Source: Sulfurovum sp. enrichment culture clone C5
Lineage (GTDB): Bacteria > Campylobacterota > Campylobacteria > Campylobacterales > Sulfurovaceae
Direction of reading: 5' to 3'
DNA: 64,000 bases
Assembly (NCBI GenBank): GCA_001493195.1
Contig: FAXN01000013.1
Location: 791-64,790, forward strand
In this document: piece after piece, positions 48,093-58,428 of the stretch
How the letters are laid out: the number at the start of each line of letters is the position of its first letter
Position numbering within the stretch: position 1 is the first letter of the stretch
Notes under the pieces: model-generated
Told to the model about the DNA's origin: nothing
The model's input: the letters and a program-made list of their open reading frames with translations, nothing else
The model's database searches: none
Made by a program: the position numbers and the translations under genes

Positions 48093-49370
48093 ATGGGACA
48101 AACTATTACTGAAAAGATATTTTCAGCTCATGCTGGACATGATGTAAAAGCTGGAGAAATTGTAAGAGTTGATATTGATATGATTATAGGGAATGATATA
48201 ACAACTCCTATTTCTATACGCGCTTACGAAGAGAGTGGAGCAACAAAACTAGCTCGTCCTGATAATTTCTGTATAGTTATGGATCACTACATTCCAGCAA
48301 AAGATATAGCATCAGCAAATCAAGCAAAAATTAGTAGAGATTTTGCGTACAAACATGACTTGAAGAACTTTTTTGATGAAAAAGATATGGGGATAGAACA
48401 TGCACTTTTGCCTGAAAAAGGTCTTGTGGTTCCAGGAGATGTTATAATCGGAGCAGATAGTCATACCTGTACGCACGGAGCACTTGGTGCATTTAGCACA
48501 GGTATGGGTAGTACAGATTTGGCTTTTGGAATGATAACAGGTGGGAACTGGTTTAAAGTTCCAGAATCTATCAAAGTAGAGCTTATTGGTAAGCCTGCTA
48601 AACATATATATGGCAAAGATATAATCTTAGAAGTCATTAGACAGATTGGTGTGGATGGAGCTTTGTATAAAGCATTAGAGTTTGTAGGAGATGGAGTTGC
48701 ATACCTTGGTATGGCTGATAGATTTTCGATTTGCAATATGGCTATCGAGGCAGGAGCAAAGAGCGGAATTATCGCAGTTGATGAAGTAACATTAGCTTAT
48801 CTTGAAGAGAGACGTGCAGCAAATGGAAAATTAAGAGATGAGCCAAAAATTTATTATTCAGATTCCAATGCCTCTTATGTTCAAACTTTAAGAATCGAAC
48901 TTGATAAACTTTCTCCAGTAATCGCTTATCCATTTTTACCATCAAATGGTAAAAGTATAGAGCAAGCTGTTGCTGATGATATAAAAATAGACCAAGTAAT
49001 GATAGGAAGTTGCACCAATGGAAGATTAGAAGATTTACGCATTGCAGCATCTATAATGAAAGGCAAAAGAGTTGCAAGACATACCAGAATGATAGTAACG
49101 CCTGCAACGCAAAAGATTTTTATGCAAGCTGAAAAAGAAGGACTCATAGATATACTCATAGAAGCCGGAGCAGTTGTAAGCAATCCAACTTGTGGAGCAT
49201 GTTTGGGCGGTTATATGGGCATACTTGGCGATGGAGAGAGATGTGTAGCTACTACTAACCGTAACTTTGTAGGTAGAATGGGCGCGAGAACTAGTGAGAT
49301 TTACCTAGCAAACTCTGCTGTTGCAGCCGCAAGTGCCATTGCCGGAAAAATTGTAGACCCTAGAACTTAA
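48093..49370 (+). CDS. leuC: 3-isopropylmalate (or homo-aconitate type) dehydratase large subunit
   Basis: 'TITEKIF', 'GADSHTCTHGALGAF', 'IGSCTNGR' and 'NPTCGACLG' are aconitase-family Fe-S ligand motifs. No leuD is adjacent. Confidence 0.85.
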   Translation: MGQTITEKIFSAHAGHDVKAGEIVRVDIDMIIGNDITTPISIRAYEESGATKLARPDNFCIVMDHYIPAKDIASANQAKISRDFAYKHDLKNFFDEKDMGIEHALLPEKGLVVPGDVIIGADSHTCTHGALGAFSTGMGSTDLAFGMITGGNWFKVPESIKVELIGKPAKHIYGKDIILEVIRQIGVDGALYKALEFVGDGVAYLGMADRFSICNMAIEAGAKSGIIAVDEVTLAYLEERRAANGKLRDEPKIYYSDSNASYVQTLRIELDKLSPVIAYPFLPSNGKSIEQAVADDIKIDQVMIGSCTNGRLEDLRIAASIMKGKRVARHTRMIVTPATQKIFMQAEKEGLIDILIEAGAVVSNPTCGACLGGYMGILGDGERCVATTNRNFVGRMGARTSEIYLANSAVAAASAIAGKIVDPRT

Positions 49371-50598
49371 TATTTTTTATAGCATAGAAAAAATATAATG
49401 ATATTGCACTCATGATAAGTAGTGCTGGAGCAAAGAAAAGCGATGTAATTTTTGTCAGTGTTGCCATGATAGCAGGAGTGGTGCCTCCTACTATTCCAGA
49501 CGCAATCCCAAGAATTAAAGCTGTAAAAGAAGCCCTATATCCATGTTTGTCTATAGCATTTACACATAGTGCAAAGATAGGAGCTTGAGCTGAACAAAGA
49601 AGTATCGTCATAACAAAAATAGCTACAGAGCTCATAATAATATCTCCTTTTGACATAAGCCAAAAAAGAGGTATTATCAAGACAAAAGTAAACAAAAATG
49701 ATATATGTATTACTTTTTTTGAGCCTATTTTGTCTGCTATCATAGCCATCAATGGAATTAATACAACCCCAAGTGCAATAGAGAAAGTATTTAATCTTGA
49801 TGCTACTTCTTTTGTGAGTCCGCCATATGTTTCAAGCCACAGAGGAAGATAAATAAATAGAGTATAGTAAAATATCCAAATAGCACTTGCCATTATCAAA
49901 AAATACCAAAAAAGAGAACGATAATTTTTCATTATTTCAAAAAGTGGAATCTCTTTACTTTCGATAGCCTCATATCCACTCTCTAGATTTTTTCTAAGCA
50001 TAAAGCCTATTATTGTTAAAACTATACTAAACAAGAAAGGCACTCTCCATGCCCAAGAAACCATCTCTTGTTCTCCGTACATAAAAAGCAAAAGTGTACA
50101 TACTGCAGAACCTATCGCCATTCCTAGTTTTGCTCCTAAAGATACAAAAGAGCCATATAAATTTTGATTTTCTTTTGGAGATTCTTCAATAAGATAAACA
50201 ATAGAACTTGAGTACTCTCCACCAACAGAAAAACCTTGTATCATTCGTAGAATTACGAGCAAAATAGGTGCTAAAATTCCAACTTGTGCATATGTAGGCA
50301 AAAAACCGATAAAAAATGTAGGGAATGCCATCATGGCAAGAGATCCAAAAAGTGCATATTTGCGATTTACTTTATCCCCTATATGCCCAAAAAATATAGC
50401 TCCAATAGGACGCATTACCATTCCTGCTGCAAAAGCTCCTAGTGAGCCAAGGATTGAGATAAATGGGTCATTTGAGGGGAAAAATAGTTGCCCCATAACA
50501 GTAGCCAAAAATCCAATAAGTGCAAAATCATAATACTCTATAACATTGCCTATAATCCCAGCTGCTATAATACGCCATTTTGCTTTGTGTTTCAACAT
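49360..50598 (-). CDS. MFS transporter (metabolite:H+ symporter-like)
   Basis: 12 hydrophobic segments and 'RPIGAIFFGHIGDKVNRK' (MFS motif A-like). Confidence 0.8.
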   Translation of the reverse strand: MLKHKAKWRIIAAGIIGNVIEYYDFALIGFLATVMGQLFFPSNDPFISILGSLGAFAAGMVMRPIGAIFFGHIGDKVNRKYALFGSLAMMAFPTFFIGFLPTYAQVGILAPILLVILRMIQGFSVGGEYSSSIVYLIEESPKENQNLYGSFVSLGAKLGMAIGSAVCTLLLFMYGEQEMVSWAWRVPFLFSIVLTIIGFMLRKNLESGYEAIESKEIPLFEIMKNYRSLFWYFLIMASAIWIFYYTLFIYLPLWLETYGGLTKEVASRLNTFSIALGVVLIPLMAMIADKIGSKKVIHISFLFTFVLIIPLFWLMSKGDIIMSSVAIFVMTILLCSAQAPIFALCVNAIDKHGYRASFTALILGIASGIVGGTTPAIMATLTKITSLFFAPALLIMSAISLYFFYAIKNIKF

Positions 50599-50697
50599 AC
50601 ACTTATCCGTTTTTGTCTGATTTGATATATTTTACCCAAATAACTTACATAAAGCCAACAAGGCTATAATTCTCTTATATAAACAAAGGCTTCATAT

Positions 50698-51216
50698 ATG
50701 GCACATTTTTTAGAAAAATTAGAAGACAAAGATAAAATAGCACTTAGAGATGAACTTCTTGTTTTTGCGGATGTATTGGGCGGTAAAAATGCTTTTTTGA
50801 AAATATTAGAAAGCATACGCCACTCATCGCCTCATCCTTTGGTATCTAAAGATCCAATACTTAGATTTGTTGGTGGATATATAAAATGGAATAAAAATGT
50901 ACATAAAAATAACCTCATGCTTTTAAGCATAAGAATGAATGCTAGAAGTGATGAAGTTCAAAATCTTATGCCAGAAAAGTCTGATAAATCATATAGAAAT
51001 AGTTTTAATATGCTTCGTTCTCTTTCGCCTCTTACATTTGAAGTGGTATTAAACAAAGATCCACAAAAAACAGTTTTTAATTTCAAAATGTTTGATATTA
51101 TTGACAATGAAACTACAAATATGAACAAGATATTTGAGATTATTTTCTTTTCTCCCATAAATATGGTAAAAAAACTCCTTAGTTTTGAAGATAAAGAAAT
51201 TGAGACGTCTGATTAA
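50698..51216 (+). CDS. hypothetical protein
   Basis: 172-aa ORF. No family recognised. Confidence 0.45.
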   Translation: MAHFLEKLEDKDKIALRDELLVFADVLGGKNAFLKILESIRHSSPHPLVSKDPILRFVGGYIKWNKNVHKNNLMLLSIRMNARSDEVQNLMPEKSDKSYRNSFNMLRSLSPLTFEVVLNKDPQKTVFNFKMFDIIDNETTNMNKIFEIIFFSPINMVKKLLSFEDKEIETSD

Positions 51217-51908
51217 TTAAAATCAAATCCACCAAAGCCAAAATCCATATTTGCAAAATTTGGATCGCTGTATCCGCTTTGCACACTTATACTTCTTAAG
51301 TTCATAATATCCATTTTTGGATCAATCCCTTGAGGACAAACGAGAGTGCACTCTCCACAAAGCGTACAATCCCAAACACCATTCGTCTGGATTGCATCAA
51401 TGCTTGTTTTATTTTCATTTGATTGGAGTGTATAACGATAAACTTTTGTTAGCGTAAAAGGTCCTAAGAAATCACTATTAACCGCCATCACAGGACAAGC
51501 CGAGTAACAGCTGTCGCACAATATACAGTCGCTCTGTACTATAACTTTTGGCGAATTTTCAAGTCTAGCTTCACCATGAAGCTGGGCATTGGCAGTAGAA
51601 AGAGTTTTGTGAGATTTAGTTTTGTCAACTATCAAATCTCTTTGCACTTCATGATAATTTAATGGTTCTATCATATCGCCATCATTTGGTTTATAGCTAC
51701 ATGCAAGTTTTGCTTTTCCATTAACCATCACCGCACAACTTCCGCAAACACCAGAACGGCAAACACCACTGAAAGATAAAGTCGGATCAATAGTGGTTTT
51801 TATTTTTAGAAAGTTTTCTAAAAGTGTCAACCCTTCAAAAATAGGATAACTCATCTCAATACTTTGAGGTTCTTTGTGTTTATCAAATCTTTTTATTGTT
51901 ATATTCAT
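51213..51908 (-). CDS. sdhB: succinate dehydrogenase/fumarate reductase iron-sulfur subunit
   Basis: 'CRSGVCGSCAVMVNG...LAC' (2Fe-2S), 'CILCDSCYSACP' and 'CTLCGECTLVCP'. Confidence 0.85.
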   Translation of the reverse strand: MNITIKRFDKHKEPQSIEMSYPIFEGLTLLENFLKIKTTIDPTLSFSGVCRSGVCGSCAVMVNGKAKLACSYKPNDGDMIEPLNYHEVQRDLIVDKTKSHKTLSTANAQLHGEARLENSPKVIVQSDCILCDSCYSACPVMAVNSDFLGPFTLTKVYRYTLQSNENKTSIDAIQTNGVWDCTLCGECTLVCPQGIDPKMDIMNLRSISVQSGYSDPNFANMDFGFGGFDFN

Positions 51909-53506
51909 TTGATATCCTTAAACTCGGCACAAAGTACACCGTCCTCTTTCCAAAAAATACTATGAGATTTAAAGGTATCGTTAGTTTGAGGATAGTCTTC
52001 TCTATAGTGAGCACCTCGGCTTTCACATCTATGTAATGCACCAACAAGTAACATTTCAGCAACCTCCAAAGTGTTGCCAAATTCTATAAAATCGATTAAA
52101 TTTGTATTGAACTCTTTTGACTTATCGCTTATCCCCATAAAAGTAAACTCTTTTTGCATTTGTCTCAGAGCCGCAAGAACTCCTTTAAGCCCCATATCGT
52201 TTCTCATAACTCCCGCATTGTGATAAAGAATCTTTCCTAAAAACTCTCTTTTTTCATAGAAATTGATTTGATTTGTAAAAGTGTTATAAACAGCATTGAT
52301 AAATGCTTTATCTTTTGCTAATTGACTATGTTGACTTAAAGTATTTTTTGGAGTGTAATTGGTAGCATTTTCGCCAGCCATCATTCCCATGGAGATGATT
52401 TCCAAAAGCGAGTTACCACCAAGACGATTTGCGCCATGGATGTGTGCATTTGAGCATTCGCCAACAGCAAAACATCCTTTAAGCCCATTTGTTTGTAATT
52501 TTTGATCTACTTCTATGCCACCCATTGTGTAGTGAGCTACACTTTTGACTGGAATGAGATCAGTAGCCATATCAAGATCTTCGTGTATTTTACAAAGTTT
52601 GAGTTCTTGAGGAAGAAGATGAGATAATTTTTCACTTCTAAGATGTCTAACATCCAAAAACACTTCTCTTTTTTCACTTATCTCTTTTGATATTGCTCTG
52701 CTAACTTCATCTCGTGGTAATAGTTCATCTATAAATCTTACACCATCACTATTGACTAGATATCCACCTTCGCCACGTGCGGCTTCACTTATAAGAATTG
52801 ATGATTTTTTAAGAGCTGTCGGATGAAATTGTACAAACTCAATATCACTTGCCACACCACCAGCTCTTATGACAGAAGCTATGCCATTACCACTGCTTCC
52901 AAAGCCATTCGTCGTAAATCCATGGTAAACTCCGCTATATCCACCTGTTGCAATAATCACACTTTTAGATCGTATCTCTTGTACTTCTCCAGAGCTGATA
53001 TCAAAAAAAGTTGCTCCACTAACTTCTTTGCTATCCTCATCGACTATTAAGTTCAAAAGATAATAGTTTTCTTTGAAAGTTATGTTGTTTTTTAAACATG
53101 TATCATAGAGAGTTTGCAAAATTTTTAGTCCCGTATAATCCTCAGCATAATATGTTCTTTTATTTGTACTTCCACCCATAAATCTATTTACAAGTTTTCC
53201 ATTATCATCAAGACTAAATGGAACACCAAGAGCAATCAACCAGTCAAGTGCAGCATTTGATTTTTCGCACATTGTTTTTATCATAACAGGTGAACCAATG
53301 CCCCTTGAAGCCTTTATTGTATCATCTATATGAGTTTGTACATCATCATTACTTGAAGCATTAAAACCACCTTGCGCCATACACGTATTGGCATTTGTTG
53401 GTAAGGTTTTGGTTGCTACTATAACATTACATCCAAGTTCTTTTGCCTTTAGTGCCGCACTTAGTCCTGCTCCACCACTTCCGATTACAAGAATATCCGT
53501 AGTCAA
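51905..53506 (-). CDS. sdhA: succinate dehydrogenase/fumarate reductase flavoprotein subunit (variant lacking the covalent-FAD His)
   Basis: 'ILVIGSGGAGLSAAL', 'HPT', 'HYTMGG' and 'RCESRGAHYREDYP'. The 'ANTCMAQGG' segment replaces the usual SHT(x)AAQGG. Confidence 0.8.
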   Translation of the reverse strand: MTTDILVIGSGGAGLSAALKAKELGCNVIVATKTLPTNANTCMAQGGFNASSNDDVQTHIDDTIKASRGIGSPVMIKTMCEKSNAALDWLIALGVPFSLDDNGKLVNRFMGGSTNKRTYYAEDYTGLKILQTLYDTCLKNNITFKENYYLLNLIVDEDSKEVSGATFFDISSGEVQEIRSKSVIIATGGYSGVYHGFTTNGFGSSGNGIASVIRAGGVASDIEFVQFHPTALKKSSILISEAARGEGGYLVNSDGVRFIDELLPRDEVSRAISKEISEKREVFLDVRHLRSEKLSHLLPQELKLCKIHEDLDMATDLIPVKSVAHYTMGGIEVDQKLQTNGLKGCFAVGECSNAHIHGANRLGGNSLLEIISMGMMAGENATNYTPKNTLSQHSQLAKDKAFINAVYNTFTNQINFYEKREFLGKILYHNAGVMRNDMGLKGVLAALRQMQKEFTFMGISDKSKEFNTNLIDFIEFGNTLEVAEMLLVGALHRCESRGAHYREDYPQTNDTFKSHSIFWKEDGVLCAEFKDIK

Positions 53507-53545
53507 TCTTTTCCCTATTTTTTATATTTATTTTTGCAAAATGGT

Positions 53546-54709
53546 CTATTTGTCTGAAATTTTTCCAGCAATCTCAAGTGCTTTTTCTTTTGCATATTCT
53601 ACTTCTCCAAATACAAGAGACACTGCCATTCTTCTACCAATATGAGATTCAGGTTTACCAAAAACTCTCACAAAGCTATCTTTGCTAAATGCACTGTTTG
53701 GAATTTCTAAAACAGGATTGTGACTTTCATTTTTGGCTTTGTATGCTCCACTAGCTCCACTTCCATAAAATGTAAAATCAAGCGGCAACCCAAGAACAGC
53801 TCGCACATGAAGTGCAAATTCGCTTTGGCTTTGCGTGATAAGCGTAACCATGCCTGTATCATGTGGACGTGGGCTTAGTTCCGAGAAATACACTTCATCA
53901 CCAAGTACAAAAAACTCAACACCAAATATCCCTCTGCCACCCAAACCATCAGTTACAGCTTTTGCTATTGTCTGAGCTTTTTTAAGTGCTTCGTTGCTCA
54001 TCGCCATTGGTTGCCAAGAGAGTATATAATCACCATCTTTTTGTACATGACCTATTGGCTCACAAAAAACAGTTTCATTTTCTGTTCTAGCCGTTAATAA
54101 TGTTATCTCATAATCAAATTTGATAAATTCCTCGACTATAAGCTCACTCGCATCGCCTCTAGCCTCTTTTGCTATCTCCCATGAACGCTCTATATCATCC
54201 GCACTTTTAGCTATGCTTTGACCGTGTCCTGAACTACTCATAACAGGTTTTATAACACACGGATATCCAAGTCTATCCCCAGCATCTTTTAATCCTTCTA
54301 AAGTGGTTACAAATTCATATTTGCTAGTTTTTAGTTTCAAATCTTCAGAAGCAAAAACTCTTATGTTTTTTCTATTCATTGTTTTATTTACAGCTTCGGC
54401 ATTTGGTATGACATGAAACCCTCGTTTTTCAGCTTCAAAAAGTGCTTCTATGCTGATAGCTTCTACTTCTGGTAAGATATATGTAGGTTTTTCTTTTTCG
54501 ATGATATCGAGAATAGCATCTTTGTTTTTCATATCAACAGCATAACTACGATTGGCTACAAGATGTGCAGGAGCATTTTCGTATTTATCAACTGCTACTA
54601 CTTCAACTCCAAGTCTTTGTGCTTCTATGGCAACTTCTTTGCCAAGTTCCCCACTTCCAAGTAACATGATTTTGATAGAATTTTGTTGTAATGGTGTAGT
54701 AAATTGCAT
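53546..54709 (-). CDS. purT: formate-dependent phosphoribosylglycinamide formyltransferase
   Basis: '[24 protein letters not shown]' and the ATP-grasp motif '[16 protein letters not shown]'. Confidence 0.92.
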   Translation of the reverse strand: MQFTTPLQQNSIKIMLLGSGELGKEVAIEAQRLGVEVVAVDKYENAPAHLVANRSYAVDMKNKDAILDIIEKEKPTYILPEVEAISIEALFEAEKRGFHVIPNAEAVNKTMNRKNIRVFASEDLKLKTSKYEFVTTLEGLKDAGDRLGYPCVIKPVMSSSGHGQSIAKSADDIERSWEIAKEARGDASELIVEEFIKFDYEITLLTARTENETVFCEPIGHVQKDGDYILSWQPMAMSNEALKKAQTIAKAVTDGLGGRGIFGVEFFVLGDEVYFSELSPRPHDTGMVTLITQSQSEFALHVRAVLGLPLDFTFYGSGASGAYKAKNESHNPVLEIPNSAFSKDSFVRVFGKPESHIGRRMAVSLVFGEVEYAKEKALEIAGKISDK

Positions 54710-54787
54710 ATTTTCTCACTTTTGATTTATTAGTAAGATTTTAGCAAAATAGTTATTAGTGTTTGGTAATTAATATAAGTGTGAGTG

Positions 54788-54818
54788 TATGGATTCCTGC
54801 CTTCGCAGGAATGACATA
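54788..54818 (-). repeat. REP-like palindromic element (gtcattcctgc-gaag-gcaggaatcca on the minus strand)
   Basis: An 8-bp stem attcctgc/gcaggaat with a 4-nt loop, immediately downstream of rpsU. The same arms recur at 58138-58182. Confidence 0.65.
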
Positions 54819-54820
54819 TT

Positions 54821-55033
54821 TTAGAGTCTTGACTCGTATCTTCTAAGAGTGTAGATCTTTTTAAGGATTTTCTTTCTTGTAGCGATTTTTTCTTTTTTAC
54901 GCTTTTCAGTTTCAGTTTCGTGATACTGTCTAGCTCTCGCTTCTGTAACTATTAGATTACGGTCGCATTGTCTTTTGAATTTTCTGTAAGCATCATCAAA
55001 AGAGTCTCTTGAGTTAACAACTATTCCTGGCAT
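54821..55033 (-). CDS. rpsU: 30S ribosomal protein S21
   Basis: '[39 protein letters not shown]'. The start is set at the internal ATG. Confidence 0.93.
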   Translation of the reverse strand: MPGIVVNSRDSFDDAYRKFKRQCDRNLIVTEARARQYHETETEKRKKEKIATRKKILKKIYTLRRYESRL

Positions 55034-55260
55034 AAAAATCACCCCCTTCCTTTTATAATTTTCTTCTTTTATAGAAGCATAGCTCCTATAAAATTCATCT
55101 CACTAAAGCCTTGTCTTTGACTCGGTTTTACTATCAATACATCAGAGCAAAACCCTGTTATTGCGTTTTAATGGACGGATTATACCAAAATAAGTTTAGA
55201 GTTTGTTGATAGTGATATTTTGTTATAATATAGTAAAAGTTTGCTTGCAAGGATAAAGTT

Positions 55261-56661
55261 ATGCAAAAAGTATACGATAGCTGCTTTGATTTGGATAAGC
55301 GATGTTATGATGAGTATGGTTTAAATGAAGATATACTCATGGAACACGCAGCGAGTGGTATGGAAAATTTTATAAGAGAAAACTTTGCTATTGGTTGCTC
55401 CGTTTTGATAGTTGCGGGCAAAGGGAACAATGGTGCAGATGGAATTGCACTTGCTAGATTGTTGTATGGCGATTATGATGTAAGACTCCTTTTAGCTAGC
55501 AAGCCAACATCAGATATGGCAAAATTACAGCTCAAAAGAGCAGAAGCTGTTGGTATCAAAACAACAAAAGAGATTGCGGATGCCGATGTAGTAGTTGATG
55601 CCATATTTGGTTCTGGGCTAAAAAGAGAGCTTGATGATGAGACTATAGCTCTTGTAAATACTCTCAATGAACTTAGCGGATACAAGATAGCTTGTGATAT
55701 ACCAACAGGTATAAATGAGCATGGAAATATTGAAAATGTGGCTTTCAAGGCAGATGCAACATTTGCTATGGGAGCTTTGAAAAAGAGTTATTTTTTAGAT
55801 AGTGTAAAAGATTTTGTAGGAGAGATAAGAGTAGTAAATCTTGGAGTCAGCCAAAAGTTATATGACATTGAAACAAAGATGTTTGTTTTAGAAAAAAATG
55901 ATCTTGTATTGCCATCTAGAAAGTTGCAAAGTGCCCACAAGGGAACATTTGGTCATGTGGCTATACTTTGCGGAGAAAAAGAAGGTGCTGCTGTGATAAG
56001 TGCAAAAGCATCCATGAGATTTGGAGTAGGGCTTGCAACTCTTGTTATACAAGACAAAGTTTATACTCCACCATATCTCATGCAAAGCACCACATTGCCT
56101 GCCAATACAACTGCAATAGCTGTCGGTATGGGACTTGGCACTTTTTTCGAAGAGAGTTTTTTAGAAAAACACATAGTGTCAAATCTGCTTCCAATCGTCA
56201 TAGATGCTGATGCTCTGTATTCAAAAAAAATACTTAGTGTTTTATCGCAAAAAAGAAAAATAGTAGTTACTCCTCATCCAAAAGAGTTTATATCTATGTG
56301 GAAGATATTGACTGGCGAAGAGGTAAGCGTGGATGAGCTTCAAGAAGATAGATTTGAATATGTCAAAAAATTTAGTTTACAATTTCCAAATGTGGTACTT
56401 TTGCTCAAAGGTGCAAACACCATCATTTCCTATAAGGATCAAATATACATAAATCCTCTTGGTTCATCCAAACTTAGTAAGGGTGGAAGTGGTGATGTGT
56501 TAAGCGGACTTATAGCGTCCCTGCTCGCTCAAGGATATGATGCTTTGCATTCTGCTATTCATGGTTCACTTGCTCTTACAATGGCGGCTAAAAATTTCTC
56601 TGGCTCAAGTTACGCTATGTTACCAACGGATCTGATAGATGAGATAGGCAAGTTGGAATAA
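55261..56661 (+). CDS. nnr: bifunctional NAD(P)H-hydrate epimerase / ADP-dependent dehydratase
   Basis: N-terminal YjeF-N 'GKGNNGADG' and C-terminal carbohydrate-kinase domain 'HKGTFGHV...GGSGDVLSG'. Confidence 0.9.
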   Translation: MQKVYDSCFDLDKRCYDEYGLNEDILMEHAASGMENFIRENFAIGCSVLIVAGKGNNGADGIALARLLYGDYDVRLLLASKPTSDMAKLQLKRAEAVGIKTTKEIADADVVVDAIFGSGLKRELDDETIALVNTLNELSGYKIACDIPTGINEHGNIENVAFKADATFAMGALKKSYFLDSVKDFVGEIRVVNLGVSQKLYDIETKMFVLEKNDLVLPSRKLQSAHKGTFGHVAILCGEKEGAAVISAKASMRFGVGLATLVIQDKVYTPPYLMQSTTLPANTTAIAVGMGLGTFFEESFLEKHIVSNLLPIVIDADALYSKKILSVLSQKRKIVVTPHPKEFISMWKILTGEEVSVDELQEDRFEYVKKFSLQFPNVVLLLKGANTIISYKDQIYINPLGSSKLSKGGSGDVLSGLIASLLAQGYDALHSAIHGSLALTMAAKNFSGSSYAMLPTDLIDEIGKLE

Positions 56662-56689
56662 GTTATAAAATTTTTGCTACAATTCGCCC

Positions 56690-57238
56690 ATGAAAAATAT
56701 AGTAATCCTTTTTAGTGGTGATGGTACAAATTTTGAGTACCTAGCCACACACTTACCACAAGACAAAATTTGTATCAAAAAAGCAATTTGTAACAATCCG
56801 AAAGCACAAGGTATCAAAAAAGCGATAAAGCACAATATTCCTTTGGAGATGATCGATTCGTCAATATATAAAAATCGCGAAGAGTTTGATGAGGTATTGG
56901 TAGAAGAGATTAAAAAAGCAGATGTTGATTTGGTTGTATTGGCTGGATTTATGAGGATACTAACTCCTGTTTTTACCAAACAAATCAAATCTATCAATCT
57001 TCATCCATCACTCCTTCCTAGACATAAAGGCACAAATGCTATAGAAAAAAGCTTTAATGATGAGTTTCGTGAGGGTGGTGTGAGTGTACATTATGTAAAT
57101 GATGAACTTGACGGTGGAGAGATAATCCTTCAAAGAGAGATTTCTAAAGATGGTTTAAGCTTTGATGAGTATCATCAGAAAATAAAAAACTTAGAAAAAA
57201 AAGCTCTTTTGGATGCCATTTTGGTAGCTTTGAGTTAA
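56690..57238 (+). CDS. purN: phosphoribosylglycinamide formyltransferase (folate-dependent)
   Basis: '[11 protein letters not shown]', 'LAGFMRIL', '[13 protein letters not shown]' and '[17 protein letters not shown]'. Confidence 0.9.
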   Translation: MKNIVILFSGDGTNFEYLATHLPQDKICIKKAICNNPKAQGIKKAIKHNIPLEMIDSSIYKNREEFDEVLVEEIKKADVDLVVLAGFMRILTPVFTKQIKSINLHPSLLPRHKGTNAIEKSFNDEFREGGVSVHYVNDELDGGEIILQREISKDGLSFDEYHQKIKNLEKKALLDAILVALS

Positions 57239-57249
57239 ATGGAGAAATT

Positions 57250-58023
57250 ATGGATATACTAAAAATCGGAAAATATGAATTAAACAGTCGTCTAATCGTC
57301 GGAAGTGGTAAATATGATAGTTTTCAAACTACTCTTGATGCGACATTAGCTAGTGGAAGTGAACTTATCACTGTTGCAGTTAGAAGGGTAAATATTACCA
57401 ATCCAGCAGAAGAAAATCTCATGACATATTTTAAAGATACAAATGTCAAGTTTTTGCCAAATAGTGCCGGATGTACAACAGCTGAAGACGCTATAACGCT
57501 ATTTCGCTTAACTCGTGAGGCGACAGGGATTGACCTGATTAAACTTGAAGTTATCGGCGATACAACAAAGACGCTTTATCCTGATGTTATAGAGACTATC
57601 AAAGCTTGTGAGGTTTTGGCTCGTGATGGATTTACTATCATGGCTTATACTAGTGATGATCCTATCATGGCAAAACGCCTTGAAGATGCAGGTGCTCATG
57701 CTATCATGCCTTTGGCTTCTCCTATCGGAAGTGGACTTGGTATCCAAAACAAATTCAATATCCACTTTATCCGTGAAGCAGTAAAAGTTCCTGTTATCGT
57801 TGATGCTGGCATCGGATGTGCGAGTGATGCAAGTGTGGCGATGGAGCTAGGAGCTGATGGAGTATTGACAAATACAGCAATCGCACAGGCAAAAGATCCG
57901 ATTATGATGGCAACCGCTATGAAGCATGCAGTCATGGCTGGACGAATGAGTTATCTAGCAGGTAGGATTCCGAAAAAGCCGTTTGCTACGGCATCTTCCC
58001 CAGTAGATGGTATGATATTCTGA
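57250..58023 (+). CDS. thiG: thiazole synthase
   Basis: 'LIVGSGKY', 'LPNSAGC', 'IKLEVIGD' and 'VIVDAGIG'. Confidence 0.93.
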   Translation: MDILKIGKYELNSRLIVGSGKYDSFQTTLDATLASGSELITVAVRRVNITNPAEENLMTYFKDTNVKFLPNSAGCTTAEDAITLFRLTREATGIDLIKLEVIGDTTKTLYPDVIETIKACEVLARDGFTIMAYTSDDPIMAKRLEDAGAHAIMPLASPIGSGLGIQNKFNIHFIREAVKVPVIVDAGIGCASDASVAMELGADGVLTNTAIAQAKDPIMMATAMKHAVMAGRMSYLAGRIPKKPFATASSPVDGMIF

Positions 58024-58132
58024 TATTTTTGCCATATTGCTTCATATAGCACTATTTTGCTCAGTCACTTACCATCAGTAAGCTCCTTTGCAAAAATAGC
58101 ACTCTCTAAAACAATCTAACAAAAATATCTAT

Positions 58133-58190
58133 ACTTCGTCATTCCTGCCGTCATCCTCGCGAAGGCGGGGACAGGAATCCAGTCGATAAT
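58133..58190 (+). repeat. nested REP/MITE-like palindromic element flanked by a 10-bp direct repeat
   Basis: gtcattcctgc[cgtcatcctcgc-gaag-gcgggga]caggaatcca has the outer arms of the 54.8-kb element, with a second similar hairpin nested in the loop. It is flanked by aaatatctat at 58123-58132 and 58191-58200. Confidence 0.65.
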
Positions 58191-58428
58191 AAATATCTAT
58201 TTTCAAACAAACCTCACACAAACTTACGATAAATCCACGAAATATCACTTTCTAACATAATCTAGTGAAAATCTTTATAATTAAATTTGCAAAAATAGCA
58301 CTCTTTAGAATAAGTTTGCAAAAATATTTAAGAGTTTTTGTGAAATTATATAAATATTGTAAATTATAATTATTGTTTTAAAATAATTTAAATATAATCA
58401 TTCAAATTATTTTTAAAAAGAGGAACAA

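Noticed and set aside
55034-55260. A possible long structured 5' leader for rpsU. A minus-strand TATAAT lies at 55179-55184, ~145 nt upstream of the start, and a ggtttt...aaaacc hairpin lies in between.
   Set aside because: The promoter call rests on a single hexamer in AT-rich DNA that also has to house the divergent nnr promoter. I recognised no conserved riboswitch or leader motif.
56690-57238. The co-occurrence of purN and purT (two GAR transformylases) within 3 kb as something unusual.
   Set aside because: Many bacteria encode both the folate-dependent and the formate-dependent enzymes. Both genes look intact and ordinary.
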